A stretch of DNA of 64,000 bases, from contig CAWHFJ010000014.1 of the NCBI GenBank assembly GCA_963828495.1, forward strand, positions 105,538-169,537. Reading direction: 5' to 3'. The first letter of the stretch is position 1, and each line of letters opens with the position of its first letter. Position numbers and translations under genes: made by a program. This document shows positions 37,388-46,990 of the stretch, in pieces. The notes under the pieces were generated by a model. It saw only the letters and a list, made by a program, of their open reading frames with translations, searched no databases and had not been told where the DNA came from. The stretch is from Candidatus Omnitrophota bacterium. Its GTDB lineage: Bacteria > Omnitrophota > Gorgyraeia > Zapsychrales > Fredricksoniimonadaceae.

Positions 37388-38806
37388 TTAATTTGGGTCT
37401 ATTTGTTGGCGGCCGAATTCCAATATGGCTTTGGAGCGTTTAAGCGTTTTAGCTTCCGAGTAAATACGCACCAGCGGTTCCGTCCCTGAGGGACGAAACA
37501 TCAGCCAGTCCTCATTATCACAGGTAAGCTTGACCCCGTCATAATCCTTGACCTCAATGACCTTCCTGCCTAAAATAGAAGTAATCGTTTTCAATTTATT
37601 TAAATCGACTTTTTGGGCATCCATCTTATAATCCAGCCGCTCATAATAATACCGCCCGAATTCACGCTCCATGTCTTGGACTAATTGCTTAAAATTTTTC
37701 TTATTATAAACCATCATCTCCAAAAGCAAAAGACCGGCCAGGGTGCCGTCACGCTCAGGGATAAAATTGGGCAGGCCCATGCCTCCGGCTTCTTCCCCGC
37801 CGGCGACGATCTTTTCAGAAATCATCAAATCCGAGATATATTTAAAGCCTACCGGCGTTTCGTAAAGTTTACGCCCAAGTTTCTTGGCAATATTGTCCAT
37901 CATGGTTGTCCCGCAAAGCGTTTTGATGATACCGCCTTCGACATTACGGTTGCGCACCAGATGCAAAACTAAAAGCCCTAAAATCTTCTGGGGAGAAACA
38001 AATTCACCTCCGGGCATGACCGCGGCGATACGATCAGCATCTCCGTCAAGCACATGGCCAAAATCAAACTTTTCTTTTTTCATACGGGACATTATTAACC
38101 CTAAACATTCCGGAATAGGTTCGGGCTTACTGCCATCGAAAGAAGGATTAACATCCTCACGCATCAGGGTAAGCTTAATGTCCGTACCTTTAAGTATCTG
38201 GCGCATCAAATCACGGCCGGAGCCATGCATAATATCAGACAACACTTTAAATTTAGCCTTTTTCATTTTCTTTAAATTCACGTAAGCGCGCAGGAACTTG
38301 ACATACCCTTTTTTAAAATCATGCACAACGATCAACCCTTGGGCCAAAGCTTCAGAAAAATTCATACGCTTCAGGGGAGTCTGACCTAGATAGCTCTCGA
38401 CGGTACCAGTAATATCTTTAGACGCGGCGCCGCCTTGGGCTGTTTTAATTTTAATCCCGTTAAATTTAGCGGGATTATGGGAGGCCGTGATCATAATACC
38501 GCATACATTCTTAAAACCCACCACACCGAAACTCAACGTAGGGGTCGGCAAAGACGTATCGGAAAGATATGTTTTGATACCATTGGCCGCAAAAACTTCC
38601 GCGACAGCTTGGGCATATTCTGCGGACAGAAAACGATTGTCATACCCCACCGAAACCGACTTATCAGGAAATTGAGGATTGTTTTTGTGAACCCAATCCG
38701 CCACCGCCTGGGCCACAATGCGCACATTCTCAAAAGTAAAAGTGTCGGAAATAACCGCGCGCCAGCCGTCGGTGCCGAATTTGATTTGTGATCTAATATC
38801 GCTCAT
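37388..38806 (-). CDS. phosphoglucomutase/phosphomannomutase (alpha-D-phosphohexomutase family)
   Basis: 472 aa from the ATG at 38806, with a GGAGAG SD. Contains FGTDGWR, the active-site loop TASHNPAKFNGIK, and DGDADR. The track ORF start at 38848 would overlap nadD. Confidence 0.88.
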   Translation of the reverse strand: MSDIRSQIKFGTDGWRAVISDTFTFENVRIVAQAVADWVHKNNPQFPDKSVSVGYDNRFLSAEYAQAVAEVFAANGIKTYLSDTSLPTPTLSFGVVGFKNVCGIMITASHNPAKFNGIKIKTAQGGAASKDITGTVESYLGQTPLKRMNFSEALAQGLIVVHDFKKGYVKFLRAYVNLKKMKKAKFKVLSDIMHGSGRDLMRQILKGTDIKLTLMREDVNPSFDGSKPEPIPECLGLIMSRMKKEKFDFGHVLDGDADRIAAVMPGGEFVSPQKILGLLVLHLVRNRNVEGGIIKTLCGTTMMDNIAKKLGRKLYETPVGFKYISDLMISEKIVAGGEEAGGMGLPNFIPERDGTLAGLLLLEMMVYNKKNFKQLVQDMEREFGRYYYERLDYKMDAQKVDLNKLKTITSILGRKVIEVKDYDGVKLTCDNEDWLMFRPSGTEPLVRIYSEAKTLKRSKAILEFGRQQIDPN

Positions 38807-38819
38807 ATGACTCTCCTCA

Positions 38820-39428
38820 TTAAAAATATAATCGATGACGATTAACATAACGTATAACAGCCTTGGGCGTCAAATACCAGATGGACTTCTTATGTTTAAG
38901 GCGCTGGCGGATGTCACTGGAAGAAATATCAACAGCCGGCATATTGATTTTTAAATAAGGCCAGCGCTTAGGATAATTTTTGTCAAATCCAGGGCGGTTT
39001 AATATGACCAAGGTGGCTAAACGTAAAATGCCCTGTGGGTCCTTCCAGCGGTGGAACTCCCTTAAACTATCCTCTCCCATCAATAAATAAAATTTGGCCC
39101 GAGGATAGTTGTTGCTAAGTTCTTTTAATGTGTCGATGGTGTAAGACACGCCTTTGCGGCGCAACTCGCCATCGTACAATTTAAAAGCCCTGTTACCTTT
39201 GATGGCCTCTTTGACCATCACTAAACGTTTATCCGCCGCCGGCAGACGATGATGGGCCTTAAATGGTGACCGATTCGCCGGCACAAAAAACACCCCATCA
39301 AGCTTCAAAGTCTCCGTGGCACTTTGGGCCATGAGCAAGTGACCAAAATGAATAGGATCAAAGCTGCCGCCTAATACACCAATCTTCATTCTTGGACCGT
39401 TTCTACGCATCTTGTTATTAGAACTCAA
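38820..39428 (-). CDS. nadD: nicotinate-nucleotide adenylyltransferase
   Basis: Contains GGSFDPIHFGHL (HxGH). The start is uncertain: TTG at 39428, ATG at 39410, or ATG at 39389. Confidence 0.88.
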   Translation of the reverse strand: MSSNNKMRRNGPRMKIGVLGGSFDPIHFGHLLMAQSATETLKLDGVFFVPANRSPFKAHHRLPAADKRLVMVKEAIKGNRAFKLYDGELRRKGVSYTIDTLKELSNNYPRAKFYLLMGEDSLREFHRWKDPQGILRLATLVILNRPGFDKNYPKRWPYLKINMPAVDISSSDIRQRLKHKKSIWYLTPKAVIRYVNRHRLYF

Positions 39429-39536
39429 GTTGCAACAGAACTGTCCCTGATCTATCCTTTGAATAAAGGGACACTTCCATCAGAACTCATTCAGGTTATT
39501 AAAGTTAGATGAAAGTTAGATGGACCCGGTCCAAGT

Positions 39537-40796
39537 TTAGATGCGAATTTGGCCGGTACCATACACTTCATATTTATAACTAGTCAACCCTTCTAAGGCC
39601 ATGGGGCCGCGTACATGCAATTTGTCGGTGCTGATGCCTACCTCCGCCCCAAAACCAAATTCATATCCATCGGTGAAACGGGTCGAGGCATTGACATAGA
39701 CGCACGCCGAATCAACGGCATCCAAGAAAATCTGCGCCTTCTTTTTATCTTGAGTCACAATGGTGTCCGAATGACGCGATCCGTAAGTATTGATATGTTC
39801 AATAGCGTCCTGAAGGCCATCCACCACCCTAATCGAAAGAATCAAATCCAAATACTCCGTGCGCCAGTCCTCTGCGGTGGCTTTTTTAACGCCGCCCTTG
39901 ACAATGACACGCGTGGCCGCATCACCGCGGATCTCACAGCCGGCCTTTTGTAAATCAGCCACTATCGACGGCAAAAACTTCCGGGCCACGGTACAATCGA
40001 CCAGCAGGGTTTCCATGGCATTGCATACGCCAGGCTTCTGGAGCTTGGCATTCAGGGTGATGGTGCGTGCCATATTTAAATCGGCTTGACTATGAACATA
40101 AACATGACAAACACCCTTATAATGCTTAATGACCGGAATGCGCGAATGCTCAGCCACAAAACGAATCAATGCTTCGCCCCCGCGCGGGACAATCACATCT
40201 AAATACTCATCGAGTTTCAAAAGTTCCTGCACGGCCTGACGGTCGGTTGACTCTATCAATTGCAAAGCCTCCAGAGGGATTTTGGTTTTCTTCAGTTCAT
40301 CTTTAAGAATTTTAAAGATCGCTTTATTGGAATGAATCGCTTCCCGGCCGCCTTTGAGTATAGCGGCATTACCGGATTTCAGGCATAAGGCCGCGCAATC
40401 AGCGGTCACATTCGGACGTGATTCATAAATAATGCCCACCACCCCTAAAGGCACACGGATTTTTTTAATCAACAAGCCATTAGGCCGACGGATAGTTTCC
40501 AGTAATTGGCCCACCGGGTCTTTGAGTTTGGCGCACTCACGCAGGCCTTTCGCCATGGCCGTGATGCGCTTGGGATTAAGGGTCAGACGGTCGATAAGCG
40601 CTGTGGCATATTTGGCTTTCACGGCGGCCGCCAAATCCTTGGCGTTCTCCTTTAAAAGATACGCCTGCCGGGATTCCAAGGCTTTGGCCATTTGCATCAG
40701 CGCGCAGTTTTTCTCTGCTGTGCTGACTAAAGCCATTGAATAGGAGGCTTTTTTAGCCGCCTTTGCCATTTTTAAAATATGAGCGGATAAATTCAT
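39537..40796 (-). CDS. proA: glutamate-5-semialdehyde dehydrogenase
   Basis: 419 aa from the ATG at 40796 (MNLSAHILKMAKAAKKASYSMALVS), with a GGAGA SD about 10 nt upstream. Contains ..IYESRPNVT.. and NASTRFTDGYEFGFGAE. Overlaps proB by 44 nt. Confidence 0.93.
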   Translation of the reverse strand: MNLSAHILKMAKAAKKASYSMALVSTAEKNCALMQMAKALESRQAYLLKENAKDLAAAVKAKYATALIDRLTLNPKRITAMAKGLRECAKLKDPVGQLLETIRRPNGLLIKKIRVPLGVVGIIYESRPNVTADCAALCLKSGNAAILKGGREAIHSNKAIFKILKDELKKTKIPLEALQLIESTDRQAVQELLKLDEYLDVIVPRGGEALIRFVAEHSRIPVIKHYKGVCHVYVHSQADLNMARTITLNAKLQKPGVCNAMETLLVDCTVARKFLPSIVADLQKAGCEIRGDAATRVIVKGGVKKATAEDWRTEYLDLILSIRVVDGLQDAIEHINTYGSRHSDTIVTQDKKKAQIFLDAVDSACVYVNASTRFTDGYEFGFGAEVGISTDKLHVRGPMALEGLTSYKYEVYGTGQIRI

Positions 40797-41601
40797 GTTC
40801 CAAATCTCCGGGTAATAATTTCTCCTGCTTCTCAATAAAATGAGTGCCGATACGCTCGCCCCTAACCAAGCGCACCAGAACATTTTTAATGTGGCCTGCC
40901 GTAATCACGCAAGGTGTATGCGCATGGGTGGCAATCTTGACCGCGTCAATTTTGGTTTTCATACCGCCGCGGGCCATATGAATATTTTTAGTGTCCCCGG
41001 CTATGCCTTCGATTTCAGGAGTGATCTGTTTAACTTCTTCATATACTCTTTTATTGGTATCGTACAAGCCTTCTACATCCGAGAGGATAACCAGCAAATC
41101 CGCATGTAAAAGGCTGGCCACCAAAGCGGATAATTTGTCATTGTCCCCGAATTTAATTTCTTCGGTAGAGGTGGTATCATTTTCATTAATAATAGGGACC
41201 ACCCCTTTTTTCAAAATAGCTTCCAGCGTATGGCGGGCGTTTAAAAAACGGATCTGGTCATCAAAATCATCCCAAGACAACAGCACCTGGCCGCATTTAA
41301 GACGGACCTTATGGAAAATTTCGATGTAAAGACACATCAGAGCCGCCTGGCCGATCGCCGCACGCGCCTGCAAAAAAGGCAATTCAGACAATCGCTTTGT
41401 TTCGCCCAACTTCCCCATACCCAAAGCAATGGCACCGGAAGAAACCAACACCACCTCAATGCCTGCCTTATGCAATAGACTAATCTGCTTAGACAGCTCC
41501 TTTAACTGAGCTGTCTTCGGCCTCATTTTAGAGTCCGCAATCTGGCTGGAGCCGAGTTTAACGACAATGCGTTTTATAGGTCTTTTAAATGTGCGTGTCA
41601 T
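40753..41601 (-). CDS. proB: glutamate 5-kinase (short form, no PUA domain)
   Basis: 282 aa. Contains KRIVVKLGSSQIAD and an amino-acid kinase fold. Ends shortly after ..GERIGTHF. Confidence 0.92.
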   Translation of the reverse strand: MTRTFKRPIKRIVVKLGSSQIADSKMRPKTAQLKELSKQISLLHKAGIEVVLVSSGAIALGMGKLGETKRLSELPFLQARAAIGQAALMCLYIEIFHKVRLKCGQVLLSWDDFDDQIRFLNARHTLEAILKKGVVPIINENDTTSTEEIKFGDNDKLSALVASLLHADLLVILSDVEGLYDTNKRVYEEVKQITPEIEGIAGDTKNIHMARGGMKTKIDAVKIATHAHTPCVITAGHIKNVLVRLVRGERIGTHFIEKQEKLLPGDLEHEFIRSYFKNGKGG

Positions 41602-41657
41602 ATGTAATTAAATCCTTTTGGCCTTCCCCCGAAAGCGGGAATGACAGTAAGTCTTTA

Positions 41658-42623
41658 TTATAACAACAATCTTATCGATGCCAATAGCTTATCTAAACCT
41701 CGGCTTTCCAGCGCTGAAATGCTCAGGATGTCTTTGGTCACCTTGCGCTTGAAACGCGTCAGGTTCTTTTTGGCATCCGGTAAATCCATTTTGTTGGCCA
41801 CGAGTATGCGATGTTTATGCAACAGTTCTTCGCTGTACAAATTCAGCTCTTCGCAAATATGATGATAATCTTCAACCGGATCGCGGCCTTCGCTGCCGGC
41901 CATGTCAATCACATGCACCAGGATTTTGGTGCGCTCGGCGTGTTTAAGAAACTCATAGCCCAACCCCTTGCCTTCATGGGCCCCCTCAATCAAACCCGGC
42001 AAATCCGCCATCACAAAATTCTTTTTCTCATCATCGTCATCTTTGACAATGCCTAAAATCGGCGCTTTAGTACTAAACGGATATTCGGCAATCTTGGATT
42101 TAACATGGGATACAGCGCAAATGAGCGTTGATTTGCCTGCGTTGGGAAACCCCACCAACCCTACGTCGGCGATAATTTTTAATTCCAGGCGTATCATGCG
42201 CACTTCGCCCGGCTTGGGCGGCAGCACCGTACGGTTATGGTTATTGCCCCGGCCACCTTCACCGCCACGGGCCACGATCACACTATCGTCATGCTCCACT
42301 AAATCCCTGATCAATAAACCATTGTCATAATCCCATAGGATCGTCCCCACGGGAACGCGTAAAATACAGTCCTCGCCTCTTTTGCCGGTTTTATTATTAC
42401 TACTGGCATGCCCGCCGCTCTGGGCCACATAATGCTGTTTGAAACGGTAATCCAAAAGCGTATGCAAATTACGGTCCGCCATGAAAACCACATTCCCGCC
42501 GCGCCCGCCGTCGCCGCCGTTGGGGATGGGATAACGCGTGTATTTATCACTGTAATGGCTTTCGCAACCTTTGCCGCCGTTGCCTGCCTGCACCTGAATA
42601 CGTGCCTTATCCACAAATGCCAT
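41658..42623 (-). CDS. obg: GTPase Obg
   Basis: 321 aa. The Obg fold is marked by GGDGGRGGNV. The G domain has GFPNAGKST, DLPGLIEGA and NKMD. Confidence 0.95.
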   Translation of the reverse strand: MAFVDKARIQVQAGNGGKGCESHYSDKYTRYPIPNGGDGGRGGNVVFMADRNLHTLLDYRFKQHYVAQSGGHASSNNKTGKRGEDCILRVPVGTILWDYDNGLLIRDLVEHDDSVIVARGGEGGRGNNHNRTVLPPKPGEVRMIRLELKIIADVGLVGFPNAGKSTLICAVSHVKSKIAEYPFSTKAPILGIVKDDDDEKKNFVMADLPGLIEGAHEGKGLGYEFLKHAERTKILVHVIDMAGSEGRDPVEDYHHICEELNLYSEELLHKHRILVANKMDLPDAKKNLTRFKRKVTKDILSISALESRGLDKLLASIRLLL

Positions 42624-42645
42624 AGGGAAATCTCTCCTAAAACTG

Positions 42646-42668
42646 GTCTGCCGCTCCCTGCGGCAGAC
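42646..42668 (-). promoter_or_regulatory. GC hairpin in the obg leader
   Basis: GTCTGCCGC (42646-42654) pairs with GCGGCAGAC (42660-42668): a 9-bp perfect stem with a 5-nt loop. On the mRNA strand it is followed by CAGUUUUAGGAGAGA, which holds the obg SD. Confidence 0.45.
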
Positions 42669-42732
42669 ACGTTATCAAATTTGTGACCAACGATAATACC
42701 CGGTATGAGGGTACAATAGTATAAACTGAAAA

Positions 42733-42761
42733 TCCCGGCATCCCGCCAACCTAAGCCGGGA
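42733..42761 (-). terminator. possible intrinsic terminator after rplU
   Basis: On the mRNA strand, UCCCGGC (15-nt loop) GCCGGGA is followed by UUUUCAGUUU. It lies about 30 nt downstream of the rplU stop. The stem is only 7 bp and the loop is large. Confidence 0.35.
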
Positions 42762-42789
42762 AACCGGGACTTTAAAATTTCAAAAATAA

Positions 42790-43101
42790 TTACGCACTAA
42801 TTTTTGCAATTTTAACGGTTGTCAAATCCTGGCGATGACCGTGCGTGCGCGCTGAATCTTTGCGCTTGCGGTATTTAAAAGCGACCACTTTGGGGGCGCG
42901 AATCTGAGCGACCACCTCAGCTTTGATTTCCACATCTTTCAAATACGGCTGGCCTAATTTAACGGTTTTACCATCGGCATAAAGCAAAACTTTATCCAAA
43001 ACGATGCTCTGGCCTTTCTCAAAATCCAAACGGTTGGCCTTGATCACATCGCCTTCGCTGACTCTAAACTGACTGTTGCCTACCTGAACCACTGCAAACA
43101 T
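42790..43101 (-). CDS. rplU: 50S ribosomal protein L21
   Basis: 103 aa, starting MFAVVQVGNSQFRVSEGDVI. Confidence 0.95.
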   Translation of the reverse strand: MFAVVQVGNSQFRVSEGDVIKANRLDFEKGQSIVLDKVLLYADGKTVKLGQPYLKDVEIKAEVVAQIRAPKVVAFKYRKRKDSARTHGHRQDLTTVKIAKISA

Positions 43102-43134
43102 ATCATCCTCCCTTTACATTCCTAGAAAGTGCGT

Positions 43135-43162
43135 ATTATACATTGAATCAATACTTAGTCAA
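43135..43162 (-). promoter_or_regulatory. sigma-70-type promoter for rplU
   Basis: The minus strand reads TTGACT (43162-43157), a 16-nt spacer, then TATAAT (43140-43135). An AAGGGAGG SD follows before the rplU ATG. Confidence 0.55.
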
Positions 43163-43168
43163 AATATT

Positions 43169-44518
43169 TTAATTGATCTTCACCTTGCCCCTGCCTTCAC
43201 AATAAGGACAGGCATGAAATTCCAGAGACTCTATGGTCTTGCCGGTACGCGCCCGCGTCATTTCCACAAGCCCCAGCTGGGAAATACGGTTGACCTCGGT
43301 CTTGGCATGGTCTTTGACTAACCCGTCACGCAAGGCATTAAGCACCTTACGCTTGTGGTCTTCGCGGTTCATGTCGATAAAATCAATAACAATGATACCG
43401 CCCAAATCCCTTAAGCGCAACTGGCGCGCGATTTCAGGGGCCGCTTCCATATTCACGGCAAAAGCCGCGTCTTCAGGAGTGCCGCGACTTTTAAAACGAC
43501 CGCTGTTAACATCAACGACCGTCACCCCTTCCGTCGGTTCAATAACGATATAGGCGCCGGATTTCAAATACACTTTCGGCTCATAAATCTTATCCAGCTC
43601 GCGGGCCACGTTCATGGCCTCAAATACAGACTGCGGCCCCGCGTGATACTGGATTTTTTCCACCACTTCACGGCCAATCAAATTCTGCGCGAATCTGCGC
43701 ATTTTAATGAATTCCTCCTGAGAATCAATGACCACGCGTGTCACATCATCCTTGAGTAGGTCCCGAATGACTTTCCAAATCAAAGACCCTTCTTCATAAA
43801 TAAGGGCCGGCGGCTGCTTTTTCTTGGACAATTCACGGATCTCCTGCCACTTATTGACCAAAAATGTAGAGTCACGGACAATTTCTTTTTCCCCCTGCTC
43901 CATCGAGGCCGTGCGGATGATGAAACCGCCGCTTTTGACAAAAGTAAATTTTCTTAAAATATCCCGCAGGCGCTGGCGTTCTTCAGGTTTATCAATCTTT
44001 TTAGAAATACCGCTGTGCTTGTCCACAGGCATATACACCACAAAACGCCCGGCCAAACTGACATGGGTCGTCAGCCTCGCCCCCTTGGTACCAAAAGGGT
44101 CTTTAACGACCTGTACTAAAATTTCCTGGTCCTTTTTTAAAGGCAGTTCATTTTTATCCTTTTTGGCAGGACGAACTTCGTGGCCCTGCGGCGGGACATT
44201 GTTCGCCGATGCGGGCTTGGGGAAAATCATATTGATGATTTTTTGAGGCGCACTGGGCTCATCTTCAATGGTCTCGATATCATTTAAAAAAGGATTGTCA
44301 GCGTCCGTCAAATACAAAAAACCGTTTTTCCCCTGACCGATGTTGACAAAAGCCCCGTTAATCGAAGGCAAAATAGACTCGACACGGCCCTTGTAAATGT
44401 TGCCCAGCATCGATTGATGCCGGTCAAGCTCAATATAAAAATCATCCAGCTTACCGTCCACCAAAACCGCCACACGCCTCTCGTCTTGAGCGACTTGAAT
44501 AAGAATTTCTTTAGACAC
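43169..44518 (-). CDS. rng: Rne/Rng-family ribonuclease (RNase G-like)
   Basis: 449 aa with a GTG start and an AAGGAGGG SD. Has an N-terminal S1 domain (IYKGRVESILPSINGAFVNIG), an RNase E/G catalytic core, and the ending CPYCEGRGKV. Confidence 0.9.
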   Translation of the reverse strand: MSKEILIQVAQDERRVAVLVDGKLDDFYIELDRHQSMLGNIYKGRVESILPSINGAFVNIGQGKNGFLYLTDADNPFLNDIETIEDEPSAPQKIINMIFPKPASANNVPPQGHEVRPAKKDKNELPLKKDQEILVQVVKDPFGTKGARLTTHVSLAGRFVVYMPVDKHSGISKKIDKPEERQRLRDILRKFTFVKSGGFIIRTASMEQGEKEIVRDSTFLVNKWQEIRELSKKKQPPALIYEEGSLIWKVIRDLLKDDVTRVVIDSQEEFIKMRRFAQNLIGREVVEKIQYHAGPQSVFEAMNVARELDKIYEPKVYLKSGAYIVIEPTEGVTVVDVNSGRFKSRGTPEDAAFAVNMEAAPEIARQLRLRDLGGIIVIDFIDMNREDHKRKVLNALRDGLVKDHAKTEVNRISQLGLVEMTRARTGKTIESLEFHACPYCEGRGKVKIN

Positions 44519-44594
44519 AGTTTCCCTCCTTGAACATGTTTAATAAAAAATTGACCATGCGTGCGGAAGAAACTATTGGACTTGGCCCTGCAGC

Positions 44595-46010
44595 CTAGGC
44601 CGATGTTTTCTCAACCGTAATGATGTGCGGCGTCAAAAAAATCAGCAATTCGGTCCTGGTGACCGTGGTGTTGGTGCTGCTGAAAAAAAGCTTGCCCAGC
44701 CAAGGGATGTCCCCCAAGAGAGGGACTTTGTTCTTGACGACGACCTTGTTATCGCTAATCAAGCCCGCGATCACCAGGGTTTTGCCGTTTTCCACCATCA
44801 CCCTGGTTTGGGTTTCTTGATCATTGATTTCCGGTATTTGTACCGGCGGATTCGTCGTCGTGCCCTGCGCCAAAGTCACCATTTGGTTAATCGCTGATAT
44901 CTGAGGATGCAAATCCAATGTTATCAATCCCGCGTTGTTCACATGTGGTGTAACCTCAAAAATAATACCTATAGGTTTATACGTAAATCCATCAATTTCT
45001 TGCTGCCCCGTCTGGGAATTAAACGTATAATTCGGCAACGGATATTCAACCCCCACGTTAAATGTCGCCTTCTGATTGTCCAGCGTCACGATACGCGGAT
45101 TGGAAAGGGTTTTCGTATGCTGATGATTGCTCAAAGCGGCCAGGGTGGCGGAAAATGTTGAAGCATTGATTGTCCCATAAGTAAATCCCGGCGTTGTTGA
45201 AGTGGATAAAACTGGGGCAGGCGCTTGTGCAAAAGTATTATTGGCCGGAAAAAATGAACCGCTCCCACCGCTATTGCTTCCAAAACCTTTTGATGTAAAA
45301 GGGAAAGTCGTCGGTTGCGTGGCCCCTGTTATACTCACCTGGGCCACCCAATCTATCCCCAAAGTATCCGTATTGTTGATATCTGTTTCAATGACCTTGG
45401 TTTCAATCAACACCTGCGGCGTGATGGTGTCAATAGATTTGATCACTTCCGCTATCAATTCCACATTGCTTTCCGGATCCCTGACAATAAGTGCATTTGT
45501 GCGCTCATCAAAATTGACAAAACCGCGGGCACTTTTCATTTTCTCAACGACCTTCATCACGTCCGCGGCTTTGGCAAAGGAAAGAACGAACGTTCTAGAA
45601 ACCAGGGACTCTTCGGCTTGCAGGGTTGTAGAATCTTCACGGTATTTTTTTAGATTTTCAACGGTCATGACCGTGATGATATTGCCACGGCGTTCATAGC
45701 CATACCCATAAGTGGATAGAATCACATCCAACGCCTTCTGCCAGGGCACATCGTTTAATTGAATGGTGACCACACCGGTCACATCGGGCGCGGCCACAAT
45801 ATTCACCCCGCTTTTAAAGGCCAGCACCTTCAAAACGCTTTTGATGTCCGCGTCCTGAAAATCCAGACTGACAATCCCGCTGTCGGACATCTTAACCTGG
45901 TCAGCAGCGGAAGACGTATTATCCGCCCCCGCAAAGACCCAACCTGCAGACAAAAAAGCCACCGTCCCTACTATCAACCGCACAGTATTCAATACAGGTA
46001 TCCGCATCAC
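44595..46010 (-). CDS. pilQ: type IV pilus secretin PilQ
   Basis: 471 aa with a signal peptide. The N0-like domain contains SLDFQDADIKSVLKVLA. The secretin C-terminus contains VPLLGDIPWLGKLF..RTELLIFLTPHII. Confidence 0.92.
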   Translation of the reverse strand: MMRIPVLNTVRLIVGTVAFLSAGWVFAGADNTSSAADQVKMSDSGIVSLDFQDADIKSVLKVLAFKSGVNIVAAPDVTGVVTIQLNDVPWQKALDVILSTYGYGYERRGNIITVMTVENLKKYREDSTTLQAEESLVSRTFVLSFAKAADVMKVVEKMKSARGFVNFDERTNALIVRDPESNVELIAEVIKSIDTITPQVLIETKVIETDINNTDTLGIDWVAQVSITGATQPTTFPFTSKGFGSNSGGSGSFFPANNTFAQAPAPVLSTSTTPGFTYGTINASTFSATLAALSNHQHTKTLSNPRIVTLDNQKATFNVGVEYPLPNYTFNSQTGQQEIDGFTYKPIGIIFEVTPHVNNAGLITLDLHPQISAINQMVTLAQGTTTNPPVQIPEINDQETQTRVMVENGKTLVIAGLISDNKVVVKNKVPLLGDIPWLGKLFFSSTNTTVTRTELLIFLTPHIITVEKTSA

Positions 46011-46354
46011 ATACCTCCCTTTTTCAATCCCAATGTAACCCTTTGTGTCCCTTGTAAGAATTCTACACGATCAGAAGCAATCACATCAACGACATAAGGA
46101 CCGATGTGGTCATGGACCTTAACGACTTTGCCGTTGACGATAGCCACGTTATTCCCCTTCGCGTCCGCCACAATCCCCTCTAAAGTCAAATCAGTGACGG
46201 TCAAATCCGCATCATAAGCCACTAACATCCCTGCCGAAGATACCAACGGCGCAAAAGGATCACGCTTGGCGTGATCATCGTACACGAAGCTCTGTTCTTG
46301 GGCATAACTGAAAGGGACCGCTATGAATGCTATCAAAAAAATAAAAACTCTCAT
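46007..46354 (-). CDS. PilP-like small periplasmic pilus assembly protein
   Basis: 115 aa with signal peptide MRVFIFLIAFIAVPFSYAQE. The pattern LTLEGIVADAKGNNVAIVNGKVVKVHDHIG resembles the PilP/GspC HR domain. Start and stop are both 4-nt coupled, to pilO and pilQ. Confidence 0.65.
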   Translation of the reverse strand: MRVFIFLIAFIAVPFSYAQEQSFVYDDHAKRDPFAPLVSSAGMLVAYDADLTVTDLTLEGIVADAKGNNVAIVNGKVVKVHDHIGPYVVDVIASDRVEFLQGTQRVTLGLKKGGM

Positions 46355-46962
46355 AAATTTTTAGATGGGGCTGTTGGCTTATCCACCAAGATAATGTTGA
46401 TCGTCAAAGAAAATAAATGTATACGCGGGTTTTTCTCATCGTCTTGGACAAGCAGGTCCTTCAAGCTAAAATATAAATCTTCATTCTCCAACTTGTTTAA
46501 GAAACGCCCAAACATATGATACCCGCAACGCGCCTGAATCACAATAGGTAAAGCATAATAATGACCGTCCTCTGATTTGGTCAAACTTTCCTGTTCTTGC
46601 TTTTGCGGCACCAACTTGTCGATTTTAACGTCATATTCATTGGCAATGCGGGAAATAGTCTCCAGAATGGCCGGGACTTCCTGCAGGGGCCTGATCTTGA
46701 TGTTCATCGCCTCCAATGTTAAACGGGTCTGCTCCAAGCTTTTTTTAAGCTGATCGATTCTTTGTTTATCCGTCACAACCTGCGCGGTATCTGTCGACAA
46801 TGTCTTGATTTGATCATTAATATCGGAGATGCTCCCGCATTGAGGCAAAACCAATAAAAACACATCCAAAAGCAAAACCAACACAACCACACCGCCGAGT
46901 ATGGAATAACGTGCCTGCTCGTTTAAATTGTTAAAAGCCTCAAAAATTTTACTCAAGTCCAT
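46351..46962 (-). CDS. pilO: type IV pilus assembly protein PilO
   Basis: 203 aa. One N-terminal TM segment, then a coiled coil, then a ferredoxin-like C-terminal region. Position lies between pilN and the pilP-like gene. Confidence 0.8.
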   Translation of the reverse strand: MDLSKIFEAFNNLNEQARYSILGGVVVLVLLLDVFLLVLPQCGSISDINDQIKTLSTDTAQVVTDKQRIDQLKKSLEQTRLTLEAMNIKIRPLQEVPAILETISRIANEYDVKIDKLVPQKQEQESLTKSEDGHYYALPIVIQARCGYHMFGRFLNKLENEDLYFSLKDLLVQDDEKNPRIHLFSLTINIILVDKPTAPSKNL

Positions 46963-46990
46963 TTTTATATTCCCTAAAGACCCTTCGGGG

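Noticed and set aside
38820-40883. N-terminal extensions suggested by the ORF track for proA (40883), the phosphohexomutase (38848), rpoC (19457), rpmG (26104), rpsS (8145), rplD (9902) and the MauE/DoxX gene (60466).
   Set aside because: The extensions overlap the upstream gene and add non-homologous residues. Internal ATGs align with the family N-termini, and several have SD sequences or ATGA-type coupling.
42311-42670. 119-aa ORF spanning the obg 5' end and spacer, considered as a possible divergent L27.
   Set aside because: It is out of frame within obg and has no L27 signature (no ..KK..GS..NGR.S....LG.K). The spacer is too short for rpmA.
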